In this document: in pieces, positions 11,849 to 21,466 of the stretch
Layout: each line of letters starts with the position of its first letter
Numbering within the stretch: the first letter of the stretch is position 1
Source of the DNA: Psammoneis japonica
Lineage: Eukaryota
Reading direction: 5' to 3'
Length of the DNA: 61,940 nt
Assembly: GCA_008632985.1 (NCBI GenBank)
Contig: QPGO01000149.1
Span: 124,001-185,940, forward strand
Notes under the pieces: generated by a model
What the model was told of the DNA's origin: nothing
Seen by the model: the letters and a program-made list of their open reading frames with translations, nothing else
Databases searched by the model: none
Program-made: the position numbers and the translations under genes

Positions 11849-14101
11849 ATGACGTTTGGAATAGCAAACATGGATCCGTGGAAGGATGTTCCGGGAGAGA
11901 TTGGCATTGGACCTGACGGGGATCAGCAAGGTGCGAATAGGAAAGCGAACCATTCATCTCGACACCGGAGGGAACGAAAAACAAAGTCCTCTCAAAAGGA
12001 CAATGTGCGTTCCAAAGAAGAATTGGAGGAGAAACGAGACAATTACAAACGCAAAGCAGATTACGCGTTTCGTTCTGGAGACTACAACAAGGCCATTTCC
12101 AGATATACCCGTGCTCTAGAGCTAGATCCGACGAACCATGTCTTGCTGTCGAATCGTAGTGCTGCTCATTTGGCACTGGGTCGTCCAGAAAAAGCCTTGG
12201 AGGATGCACGAGCATGCGTTGAAGCGTGTCCGAACGATTGCCGAGGGCATTCGCGGTTGGCTGTAGCTCTTCAAAAACTGGAATTATGGATACCTGCGAT
12301 TGAATCATATCAGCGTGTTTTAGAAATAGATCCAGAGAACCAAGTGGCAGAACGGGGCATTGAAGTTTGTGAAATGAACATGAAGGAAGAAGAAGAAAGA
12401 TCCGGAGAGTTGCAAGACGAGCACGATGATGACAGCGACAATGAGAAAGAGAAAGACTTGAACGAGCCTCTTCACGACACATTCGTTGGAAAATCATCTT
12501 TTCGTCAGCTTCGGAGACCGTCGACAGGTTCTGACTTGAGAGACCATTTGGAGTACCATCGAGAAAATGGAACACTAGCTTTTACAGATGATGTGAACCA
12601 TGCTCACGACCGCGATTTTACAACCGGCTCGTGTGGTAGCGGTTCAAACGCCTCTGGCATGTCTGTACTCTCCAAACAACTCCGAGTAATGCAAGGTACC
12701 ATCCAGTCGCAAGAAGATCAAATCGATCGACTCAACAGGCAGTTGCAACTCGTAACCAATCTCAAGGGAACGTCTCGGTCAGAACTCCGAGCCACCCTCG
12801 AGGAGGCATGCAATGACGAGGCTCATGCGGAACTTGTTGGGCAAATATCTTCTCTCCGCACTCAGCTCAGCGCCATGACATTACTCGGTAGCTCTTCGGG
12901 GAGCTGCTCTCAGAGTGGCTTGTTTTCCAGCAACAACTTTGAGAGGGAATCATACGAAAGCACAATTGCCAGCTTGGAATTACGAGTTGGGGAGCTGGAA
13001 GAGGTAGAGGAGGCTCTTCGCAAGGAGCTTGCCAAGTTGTACCGATCACTCAGCGATGAAACCTGCAAGGCATCGCAACTCAGCTCTACATGTGAATTCC
13101 AGAAGGATCAACTCGTGGAACTTATGAAGAACGTGACGCTCGTGCAAAAGTCTGGACAACAGGGCAAGTGGTCCGTTGTCTCAAACACGGGGAGCACAAA
13201 GACGCTTCAGACAGTCACTACCACTACTACAGACTCGGAAGAGTCGGTGGGGACACACAGCTCCCATGGCGATAGCAAGAGTCTTAATGATCGGCTTCGC
13301 AACTCTGAATTACAGCTGAAAATGGAACGTGACCGTGCCAAACTGCTTGAGATTCAAGTAGAAGCAAGAGAAATGGAGGCCCAACTCCAGAAGAAGCAGT
13401 ACAAAAGCCGAGTTCAATTCCAGGAAGAGCGCATTGCAGAACTCGAGCATCAACTTTCCACCATGCACGGGCAAAACACCACCCGCCCCATGCACGTGTC
13501 TGAGCACGGACGTTCAAGAATAAACAAGTTTCCGCTAGTTGTCGAGCGGTCAGATAAGGATGAAGATACCAAGGCAGCTACCAACAGGACTCCTCTGATG
13601 GACGTTTCGAGATCACTTCATGTGTTGGACTCGGAGAAGATAGCATCTGGTTACTTGCTCAAGCGTGATCAAGAGGGGCTTATCAAGGGTTGGAAGAAGC
13701 GATACTTTTGCTTGTACCAAAGTCTGGGCACTTACCAAATTACGTATAGCGATGGCCCTCACCAGAAAGTCAAGGGCACGATTGGTTCCATCACCACTGG
13801 TGTGTCAACCGTGTCTCAAACCACAGAATTCCCCAAGCACCCCTTTGCGTTCATCTTGCACGTGAATCCCAACGACAAGGACGCGGCTGTGTTGTACGCG
13901 GCAGCCGCAAGTCAAGACGACTTGAAAAAGTGGCTCATGGCTTTGCGAAATGCAACCAAGGGTAGTGGACAGTTGCAATCCTTCAAGCCAAAAACTCATC
14001 CTCCCGTTGCTGTGCAACTGCCCAAAACGAAGGAGCAAGATGAAGAGATCAAGAGAAGACAACGGTTGGAGCGCCTTTTACAGAAGTACGGAGACAACTA
14101 A
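11849..14101 (+). CDS. TPR + coiled-coil + PH domain protein, paralogue 2
   Basis: YNKAISRYTRALELDPTNHVLLSNRSAA; LSKQLRVMQ..LKGTS..EEACNDEAHAEL; PH IASGYLLKRD..GWKKRYFCL..DLKKWLMAL. First ATG is at 11849. Confidence 0.88.
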   Translation: MTFGIANMDPWKDVPGEIGIGPDGDQQGANRKANHSSRHRRERKTKSSQKDNVRSKEELEEKRDNYKRKADYAFRSGDYNKAISRYTRALELDPTNHVLLSNRSAAHLALGRPEKALEDARACVEACPNDCRGHSRLAVALQKLELWIPAIESYQRVLEIDPENQVAERGIEVCEMNMKEEEERSGELQDEHDDDSDNEKEKDLNEPLHDTFVGKSSFRQLRRPSTGSDLRDHLEYHRENGTLAFTDDVNHAHDRDFTTGSCGSGSNASGMSVLSKQLRVMQGTIQSQEDQIDRLNRQLQLVTNLKGTSRSELRATLEEACNDEAHAELVGQISSLRTQLSAMTLLGSSSGSCSQSGLFSSNNFERESYESTIASLELRVGELEEVEEALRKELAKLYRSLSDETCKASQLSSTCEFQKDQLVELMKNVTLVQKSGQQGKWSVVSNTGSTKTLQTVTTTTTDSEESVGTHSSHGDSKSLNDRLRNSELQLKMERDRAKLLEIQVEAREMEAQLQKKQYKSRVQFQEERIAELEHQLSTMHGQNTTRPMHVSEHGRSRINKFPLVVERSDKDEDTKAATNRTPLMDVSRSLHVLDSEKIASGYLLKRDQEGLIKGWKKRYFCLYQSLGTYQITYSDGPHQKVKGTIGSITTGVSTVSQTTEFPKHPFAFILHVNPNDKDAAVLYAAAASQDDLKKWLMALRNATKGSGQLQSFKPKTHPPVAVQLPKTKEQDEEIKRRQRLERLLQKYGDN

Positions 14102-14261
14102 CCACTTTAAAGTGTGGTCGGGACTGGGGTATATTATTTGCGGAAGTTAAAGCAAAGACGACTTAGTATAATGCATAACAATAGCTACTAGCTATATACG
14201 AATCTTGCAAATTCACGCTCACACTTGCAGTAACGTAACGGCTCTCAGAGCAGAACCGCCA

Positions 14262-14722
14262 TCATGGAATGCAGCATGAACCAGAGCGGAACAAGGCGAC
14301 GACTCTACAAGCCAGCCCCTCTCGCTCGTTCGTACACGTAGCGGCCTCCACCCACGCATCAGGATGTGCCAGACTCCACTTCTTGCCATAGTGAAGGGCT
14401 TGTTCGAGTACCTTCTTTCGAGCTTTAGTCCGCGAGGTTCTTGCAGTTTTCCCGGTTGCTTGGTTAAGAAACTTGGTCTCAACCACAAGATACTCTTCAA
14501 AACCAGGACGCTTAAACACAAGATCTCCACGACCAATGCACGAACTCATAAGGGGGTCAACCAAGCATTCCCTGGCAACGAGCTTTGTATATGGAAGATA
14601 GGATCATTAATCAAGTCAGACTGCAGCTCAGCCTCTTCATGCCAATGGCCATCATTGATCTGGATACTATGAGGTTCTCGGAAGTCTAACTTGATCTCAT
14701 GTGTAGAGTGTGGAAGCTTCAT
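14262..14722 (-). pseudogene. Small PD-(D/E)xK (NucS/EndoMS C-terminal-like) nuclease-fold ORF with one frameshift
   Basis: Frame A from ATG 14722 gives EEAELQSDLINDP. After a shift near 14605, frame B gives YLPYTKLVARECLVDP..GRGDLVFK..YLVVETK. Confidence 0.5.
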
Positions 14723-14838
14723 CGTTTCTTGCTAGCTAGATAAGAAGGTTTCGTTTCTCTACAGATCTGGGTACAAAGGGCAATCTATCTAGCCCTATGT
14801 TCTTAGGGTTCTCCCGTCGAGTAGCACATTTGCAAACT

Positions 14839-15759
14839 TCAAATATACTTCCACTTGTAGTCATTCCAATGGGCCTTCACGTCATTTCTAACACCAGCAA
14901 ATCTGCCTCGTTCTGCTTGGTCTATAAGGGTATCACGAATCTCACGCCGAGTCTGAGCAAAGTGCGAATTTTCCATGCACCTTTTGAACCATCTGGCAAG
15001 TTTTGGAAACTCCGAGGACGTCTCGCTTCCATCCGTGTCTACTAGAACAGAAAATATCGGCGTCCAATCAAACACCTTGGGGAGGAGCAGTTCCATAAAC
15101 ACGGCCGTTGGGAACCAAGTTAAATCGGCATGCGAAACTTGCTCGCCGCATAAATATGGCATGAACCTTGCCGTGTTTTCCAACCAACGCAGTTGCTGGT
15201 GTAGCTCGGCCAATTTGGCAGCTCGTGTTTTGGTGTCCATGATCCGTCTTGCGGGCGTAAAGGGTGTTGGCATGGGGTCAAGATACATGCATCCCTGGGT
15301 ATGTGAAAAGTTTGGTTGGGTACAGTTTGGACTTGAAACGTACAAATCATGACATCGAACAATCAAAGATAACAGTGCACGATCCTCGGGTGTTGAGTAG
15401 TTGTCCTCACTCATTTTGAGCACTGAATTTGGAACGATATCCTCAAGATATGTCATAATAACCGAGGCTTCAAATAGATGTAGATTGTTTTTCTTTGTAG
15501 TTTCGTCAGTATCTTCTTCCATCTCCACCACCAGCGCAGGAACCTTTTTCAGTGGATTGACTTGTTCGTAACTTTCAGCTTCAATGTCGGCATGAGTCAA
15601 CATTAATGTCTTTACCACCAAATCTCCAGAATCTTGACATGACTGAGTCGAATTTTGATTCATTCGAAGCCAGAGCCGTATCCTTGCCGCATTATTGGAG
15701 TGCTTCATGTCGTAAAAGGTGCAACAGCGCCGCCGACGACGACGAGAATGATTGTTCAT
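14839..15759 (-). CDS. Glutathione S-transferase family protein
   Basis: 306 aa. SNNAARIRLWL, VNPLKKVPAL, LFEASVIMTYLED, PYLCGEQVSHADL, FPKLARWFKR. Confidence 0.85.
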   Translation of the reverse strand: MNNHSRRRRRRCCTFYDMKHSNNAARIRLWLRMNQNSTQSCQDSGDLVVKTLMLTHADIEAESYEQVNPLKKVPALVVEMEEDTDETTKKNNLHLFEASVIMTYLEDIVPNSVLKMSEDNYSTPEDRALLSLIVRCHDLYVSSPNCTQPNFSHTQGCMYLDPMPTPFTPARRIMDTKTRAAKLAELHQQLRWLENTARFMPYLCGEQVSHADLTWFPTAVFMELLLPKVFDWTPIFSVLVDTDGSETSSEFPKLARWFKRCMENSHFAQTRREIRDTLIDQAERGRFAGVRNDVKAHWNDYKWKYI

Positions 15760-16413
15760 ACTGGGCTAAACGAGGTGGGCTGCAATATATATGACGGACA
15801 CTTCTTGATCTATCGCAGTAGCCTAAATTACAAAAATCCTTTAATCACTGGAAGGGTAATCGACTCACAAGCAGCTTGAGGAAATAGTACAACAACACTC
15901 TCTACCGGCAGAGCATGTGAAGAGGAAGAGGGAAGAGTGGCATCCATAGAAGGTAGAGTGCCGTTTGCGTTTGCCGTTCGGTACCTAGGGAGAAAACCCA
16001 AAAAAACGCAACCCCACGGAGCGGGGCCCCGCACTGCGCGATACTGCGCGTGAACGATTAGGTGTTTGGGCCATGGGTGTACATACGATCAGGAAAATTG
16101 CGGGTATCCAAAGCCCTCTACGGTAGAGCGGACTGGACTGTGGGAAACGACAATGGAGTCACCATTGGTGGCAGATGGATGGAAGGACTCAAAGAATCCT
16201 TGTGAGCGTGGCTGCTAAGCCATCATTATTTGGAAACAATTTCTGTGTCAAAAATTTGAAATGCACAGCGCAGATTGATGCAAACATCCCTCCAAAGGTG
16301 TCACGACTGAACGCCCAACACTGAAGGTTCTCGTTTATTTTGGTTCTTGACATCGACATCAAGTTGGCCATTATCAATCATATCACTGACTAAGAAGATT
16401 ATTGAAATTCATC

Positions 16414-17982
16414 ATGCCCCCGCCGACGAATCGTAGCTGTTTCTCCGACGTCATGCTCCAAGAGCCAGATTCACGATCGACCGAGGATTTGGACGAAGAA
16501 AGACTGGCAAGAAGCATTGCAAAGAAGTCTGCTGAGATCGACGAGTTAATCGATTTGATCAGTAGGCACCCCGAGATGAAAGCCTGGCAAAGTTCTGACC
16601 AGTCGATGCGCGTTGCAGGTCTAGACGCATATGACCTTTTTTTGAAGGCGGCAATAGACACTAAACCAGAACATTCAGACAAGGCTGTGCCTCTTTACGT
16701 CGAATGCATTAAGGAATTGAGAAAGGACGACCCACGCGTCCCGATTCACCAGCGGAGTGACGATGTGATAGATGCACCGGAAAACTGTAGCCCTGAGCAG
16801 GCACGCCAAGCGATGCGATCCCGATTAGAGCACAAATGGAAGAATGAAACGACCCAAATTCTCGCAATGACAAACCTTGCAATTCGTTTGATGACAGCTC
16901 TCAAGTACAGGAACGACGATGCTGCCATGCGCTTCCTCAAAATATGTGCAAACTGCAGTCCTCTGATGGTGCACGAGTGTGAATTGCTCCATGGCGAGGC
17001 GCTTGTGTATGGTAGGGGAGGAGTAGTGCGCAATGTCTCGAAAGGTATGCAGTTTCTCCACAGGGCAGCTTTTGGAGGCATGGGACTTCTAGCCTATTTT
17101 GTCATTGGCTCTGTCTATGAGCAAGGCTGTGATGACTGTAGTGAGAAGATAGATCAGAATCTTTCGGCGGCAAGACATTTCTATGAGCTCGCAACCAAGA
17201 CAGCAGGCGAAAACGGCTACATGGAGAAATTCTGGCATCCTGAGATTAGTACAGTCCGGATATTCCTTCGGACACCAGAATTCCATACTTTGAGCAGCGA
17301 ACTGAGCATCATGGTCGGCGAACGCTTCAATTGGGCGCTTGCCGCACAATCTTTTCTCTATGGTGCTACCGTGGGACTTGCAGCAGGTGTACAACCGGAC
17401 CATTACTCGCCTCTGCTGATTGTCCTCCCCATACTCGGCATCATCCTTGGTATTTTTTCTACACTGCAGATCTTTGAAACTCTCGTGCGAAATATGATCC
17501 GCGGCGACTCTTTTCATAAGCTGATCGACGCTAAGCTTGACGCTTATTTCCATATTCTAGAGAAAGTCGGGGGTAAGCCGTTTTGTAAGTTCTGCGCTCG
17601 AGAGATTGGGCGATGTCACTTCGGTGTGCATCGAAAAGGAAATCCATGGTTCACCCTTTGCTGGTTCCTGCGGTATTTGGCTGTTACGCCGGGTCACAAA
17701 ATCAAGCCAGGATCTGAAATCGAGAAGGAACGATGGAGATATGTCAAAGTCAACGGCTTCCACATAGTTATCAGGCGCCTTTCATTTTGGGTCGGGCTTT
17801 CATGTTTGCTTGTTGCTTTTGCATTTCTTGGAGCATGGATAGCTATTCTGATTAATGAGATCCGTTCCTTTGAAGTAGATTGTGGTGATTGGTGGTACAG
17901 TACATGTAGAGGAAGTGTCGCCTCATGCGAGACCGAGGTGCTGACCAAAAAATGTATTAACACTACCTGCTCTGCTCGGTAG
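16414..17982 (+). CDS. Sel1-like repeat protein with C-terminal transmembrane helices
   Basis: LVYGRGGVVRNVSKGMQFLHRAA and IGSVYEQG..DQNLSAARHFYELA. About three hydrophobic segments in the C-terminal half. Confidence 0.7.
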   Translation: MPPPTNRSCFSDVMLQEPDSRSTEDLDEERLARSIAKKSAEIDELIDLISRHPEMKAWQSSDQSMRVAGLDAYDLFLKAAIDTKPEHSDKAVPLYVECIKELRKDDPRVPIHQRSDDVIDAPENCSPEQARQAMRSRLEHKWKNETTQILAMTNLAIRLMTALKYRNDDAAMRFLKICANCSPLMVHECELLHGEALVYGRGGVVRNVSKGMQFLHRAAFGGMGLLAYFVIGSVYEQGCDDCSEKIDQNLSAARHFYELATKTAGENGYMEKFWHPEISTVRIFLRTPEFHTLSSELSIMVGERFNWALAAQSFLYGATVGLAAGVQPDHYSPLLIVLPILGIILGIFSTLQIFETLVRNMIRGDSFHKLIDAKLDAYFHILEKVGGKPFCKFCAREIGRCHFGVHRKGNPWFTLCWFLRYLAVTPGHKIKPGSEIEKERWRYVKVNGFHIVIRRLSFWVGLSCLLVAFAFLGAWIAILINEIRSFEVDCGDWWYSTCRGSVASCETEVLTKKCINTTCSAR

Positions 17983-18451
17983 GTCACATGTGTTAAAAAA
18001 AATTAGAGGTTCGAAGGCCCAGAGACGCTTATAACAGCAGTCGATGTGAGTTTGTGGCCATAATTTAAATTTCTCTTGAGGAGCCTTCTTTGCAGCATAA
18101 AGCCTATTACAACCACTGAACAACCGCTCTTGCATTACAAAGCTACATTATCGTATCTTTATTTTAACTCTATGTGATGGGCAATGGGCGGGCAATGGAG
18201 AGAGTCGCTCAGACTGCACCACATTGCAGATGCCGATTTCCTGGAGACTACAGCAGAAAAGACAAACAAAATAAATTCTCACGCTTGCAAACTATTTTTC
18301 GAAACTTATTGGCTGTGTAACAACAGCCGCCACTGCTGGTACCTAGTAGGTAGGGTCTTGTGGATTCTTCGTGCTACACGGTTTAATTTTGCGGCCAACA
18401 AATCACTCCAAACAGTCCCACTGAGTTGTCTTGAGCGGGTGTGTTGCTCTA

Positions 18452-19789
18452 TCATCTGATAACGATTGCGAAGCCTCCTGCCATCGACCTAGTAAGGTTT
18501 CGCCTTTTCTCCCACAGGAGATGTAGGAGGACACTCCTGATAATTTCCAAGCACGTCCTTGGTTTCGTCGCATACGCAGTTGGATATCGCCGCGGCAAGG
18601 CACTGGCTATTTCTGCAATAATTTTGTGAATGTCAATCAGTGGCTCAATCTTCCTTCCACCCATTTTGCTCACAAAGGGATCATCGACAAGAAAGACAAA
18701 CGTGATCATACCATCCAAGAACCAAAAGTAAATAGTGGCAACAAGAATCATACAGTATCCAAGATGACCCATCGAGGCCCATGGAAGCACCGCGAACTCC
18801 AGATAAATATTGCAAATGATGAGATGGGAAAAGGGAAAGGGTAGCATGGCATCGTCCAGGCTATCCGTTAAACTTCCAACAGTTGCTCGCAGAGTTTCCA
18901 GGCACCGAGCGATCTGAAATCCCAGTGTACCGTTTGTATCTTGAAAGAGAGGCTCTTGGCCGTCGCTGCAATCTGCATTGATTGCGGATTCACAAAGAGA
19001 GAGTATCCAAGTCATGACTGCATGAGCTCGATCTGACGGCTTCTTGATGTTTCTGATCGTTTCGTACTCTTCCGGTTCCAGTATCTTTGATACCAATGGC
19101 AAGAATTCGCCATTGACGGGACCGTAGACTGGATCGTCAAACAAGAGATATACCATGGCCAACATGTATCGGCGAATCACAACAAGCGTATGCCTGGCGG
19201 GTGGTAGTGCATGCGAATGCAAGAGTAATCCCAACTCGTGATACCGGCCCTGCACGCGACGAACAAGAGTCAACGTTTTGTCAAATCGCCTTAAACCGGC
19301 ATTGACAAAACTCTGAAAGAGAAATGCGGAAAATGCAAACCAAATCAGAACCGATTCACCGATAAAGTCTGTGTATTCGTACCCAATCCGACATCGAAAC
19401 GGGGCATCATAAGGATCCGCTAGTTGCTCCTCCTCGGGACAATTGACAATCGCTATAATGCAAACGATCGCAACGTAAATGGCATACAGAATGAGCTTGG
19501 GCCAACTGTACTGAGTTACAGTCCCTTTCCAATGAAATATATAACCGGCCACAGAATGAAATCTCCACGTGACAGAATCACGAAACTCGTCTTTGTCGTC
19601 TGCGTATTGAATGTGAGGCGGCAACAATTGCTCTGGCAAGAAGAAACTTTCAGTGGTGTCTTCAGTCGGTGCCAATTGCAGAGCTGTCAGATCGGTCTTG
19701 ACGGCATTCCGAGCTGCTGCTTGTTTCTTACGCTCCTTTTTTGTCGATGGTTGACTAGAGTCAGAGGCCGTAGCGTTTTGGGATCCCAT
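18452..19789 (-). CDS. Bestrophin-family anion channel-like protein
   Basis: N-terminal TM pair, FVNAGLRRF, LPFPFSHL, and VDDPF after a C-terminal TM pair. Likely start MGSQNAT at 19789. Confidence 0.72.
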   Translation of the reverse strand: MGSQNATASDSSQPSTKKERKKQAAARNAVKTDLTALQLAPTEDTTESFFLPEQLLPPHIQYADDKDEFRDSVTWRFHSVAGYIFHWKGTVTQYSWPKLILYAIYVAIVCIIAIVNCPEEEQLADPYDAPFRCRIGYEYTDFIGESVLIWFAFSAFLFQSFVNAGLRRFDKTLTLVRRVQGRYHELGLLLHSHALPPARHTLVVIRRYMLAMVYLLFDDPVYGPVNGEFLPLVSKILEPEEYETIRNIKKPSDRAHAVMTWILSLCESAINADCSDGQEPLFQDTNGTLGFQIARCLETLRATVGSLTDSLDDAMLPFPFSHLIICNIYLEFAVLPWASMGHLGYCMILVATIYFWFLDGMITFVFLVDDPFVSKMGGRKIEPLIDIHKIIAEIASALPRRYPTAYATKPRTCLEIIRSVLLHLLWEKRRNLTRSMAGGFAIVIR

Positions 19790-20170
19790 CGCGACGGCTA
19801 CAGCATGTTTTGTTGTCGCTGTATCTTTGCTCTTGTTTTCTGGGATGAGAGTGATGAGGCATCGCTTCGCGTTTCGCGTTGCGTGTGTGTGTGTGTGCGT
19901 GCGAACTGTGAGTGCGTGCAACAATGCCACGTCGTCGGACTGACCGCCCCACGTGTTCCGGAGGAATGACAGACGGTAAAGTACGGTACAACATTGTTGT
20001 TGATCGATCGCTCGATAGATCTACGCGAAGGGGTGTGGGGCAGGCAGGAAGTGTTGAGGATGAAGCTTAAGAATCAACGAGTGGTCGCATTTGATGTTTC
20101 AAAAGTCCTTGTAAACTTAAACGTACCACTCTTTCTCCACGGTATCGCCCTCTGCCCCATTGCAGCATGC

Positions 20171-20848
20171 TCACGTTGGGTTTGAACCGTTGTTGGGTGG
20201 TGGTCGCCGCCGTGCCCGTTCTTCTTCCACATGATTCGACATGGATGTAAGTAGTCGCGAAACTAGCATTATGGATTCTCCCAGGGGTGTTTGCATTTCC
20301 TCCAATGTCAAGGTTGGAATCTGTACGGTTGGATTATTATGATTGGTGGCGTGAAGAATTGTGCCCTGTTGTTGTTGCTGTGGATGATGACGTTGCTGCG
20401 TGGGTTGAGTAGGATGATTTCTTTGTTGTTGTTCATACAGGGTCATGTACGTCAAGAAACCAGCGCGCTCACCACTGGACAGGTTTTCTCGTGTCGATTT
20501 GGGTATAAAGGGTGCATTGACATGCTGATCGATCCATGTTTGATAGGAATCCACAAATTCCTCCTCGGTCTTGTTTTTGCGCTTTCGGTATTTTTGCAAA
20601 TGAGACTTGATTCGTTCCGTCGTCAATTCGTTCTTGTGTTCATTCGTCATGTTTTCCAAAATGACAGCTGGAGAACAGTGTTTCATGCCCGCATCGTAAA
20701 TGCCCCTTACAAACTCTCGATGGATATCGAGAGACCAAGGGGTGTCAGGTTCAGACTCGGCGGAACTGGTTGCGTCCACACGCCTCTTTTTCTCGGGACT
20801 ACCATCATCATTGTCTTGGTCGCGCTTTCTCGTGCCGGATTCACTCAT
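20171..20848 (-). CDS. Myb-like SHAQKYF-class (GARP/G2-like) transcription factor
   Basis: PWSLDIHREFVRGI...SPAVILENM...LTTERIKSHLQKYR. Confidence 0.9.
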   Translation of the reverse strand: MSESGTRKRDQDNDDGSPEKKRRVDATSSAESEPDTPWSLDIHREFVRGIYDAGMKHCSPAVILENMTNEHKNELTTERIKSHLQKYRKRKNKTEEEFVDSYQTWIDQHVNAPFIPKSTRENLSSGERAGFLTYMTLYEQQQRNHPTQPTQQRHHPQQQQQGTILHATNHNNPTVQIPTLTLEEMQTPLGESIMLVSRLLTSMSNHVEEERARRRPPPNNGSNPT

Positions 20849-21466
20849 GGGGACGGTTGAAGGTGATACACTTTCCGTGAATGGCGTTCCTGGGCTCCTG
20901 CGTGTACTATATCACCACAAAAATGTTGTGATGTGAGCGAAGGGGCAAGAAGGGTCGTCGTTCCGTGCCGTCGCACTCCCAACTGGGAGGTCTGTAAGTG
21001 GTACGGCGTGTCAGGTGCGTTGTCCGGCGTTCACCGATTCCATCGACGGGAGAAAACGCGCGAGAAAAGTTTGGGAAAGGCGGGCTTCTGTGGGGCGTGG
21101 CACAAATTCTACGCAAAGGAGCAGATGGCGGGAACACCCCCCATGATGTTCCATAAAATATATTCAGTCATTAGGATATATCAAAATTTGATGACGAAAG
21201 CATCGCAAAAAAAGATTTTCGCGCGGGAAACAGTGTAGATTCTACGCAATCCTGGTACCAAAAATTTAGCGATAACGGTGTGGCATCCGTTGAAGCCGTG
21301 ATGGGTTGTTCTGTTTACACATCATCACGTTGTTTACGTTCTTGCTCATGGGCGAAAGCCGTCATTAGAACAACAAAACAACACGCCATACAAGCAGCAG
21401 CAAAACGCTTTCTGTAGTTTATCCGATTGAGAAAAAGGCAGCTCGAAAAAAATCCAGTACAAAAAG

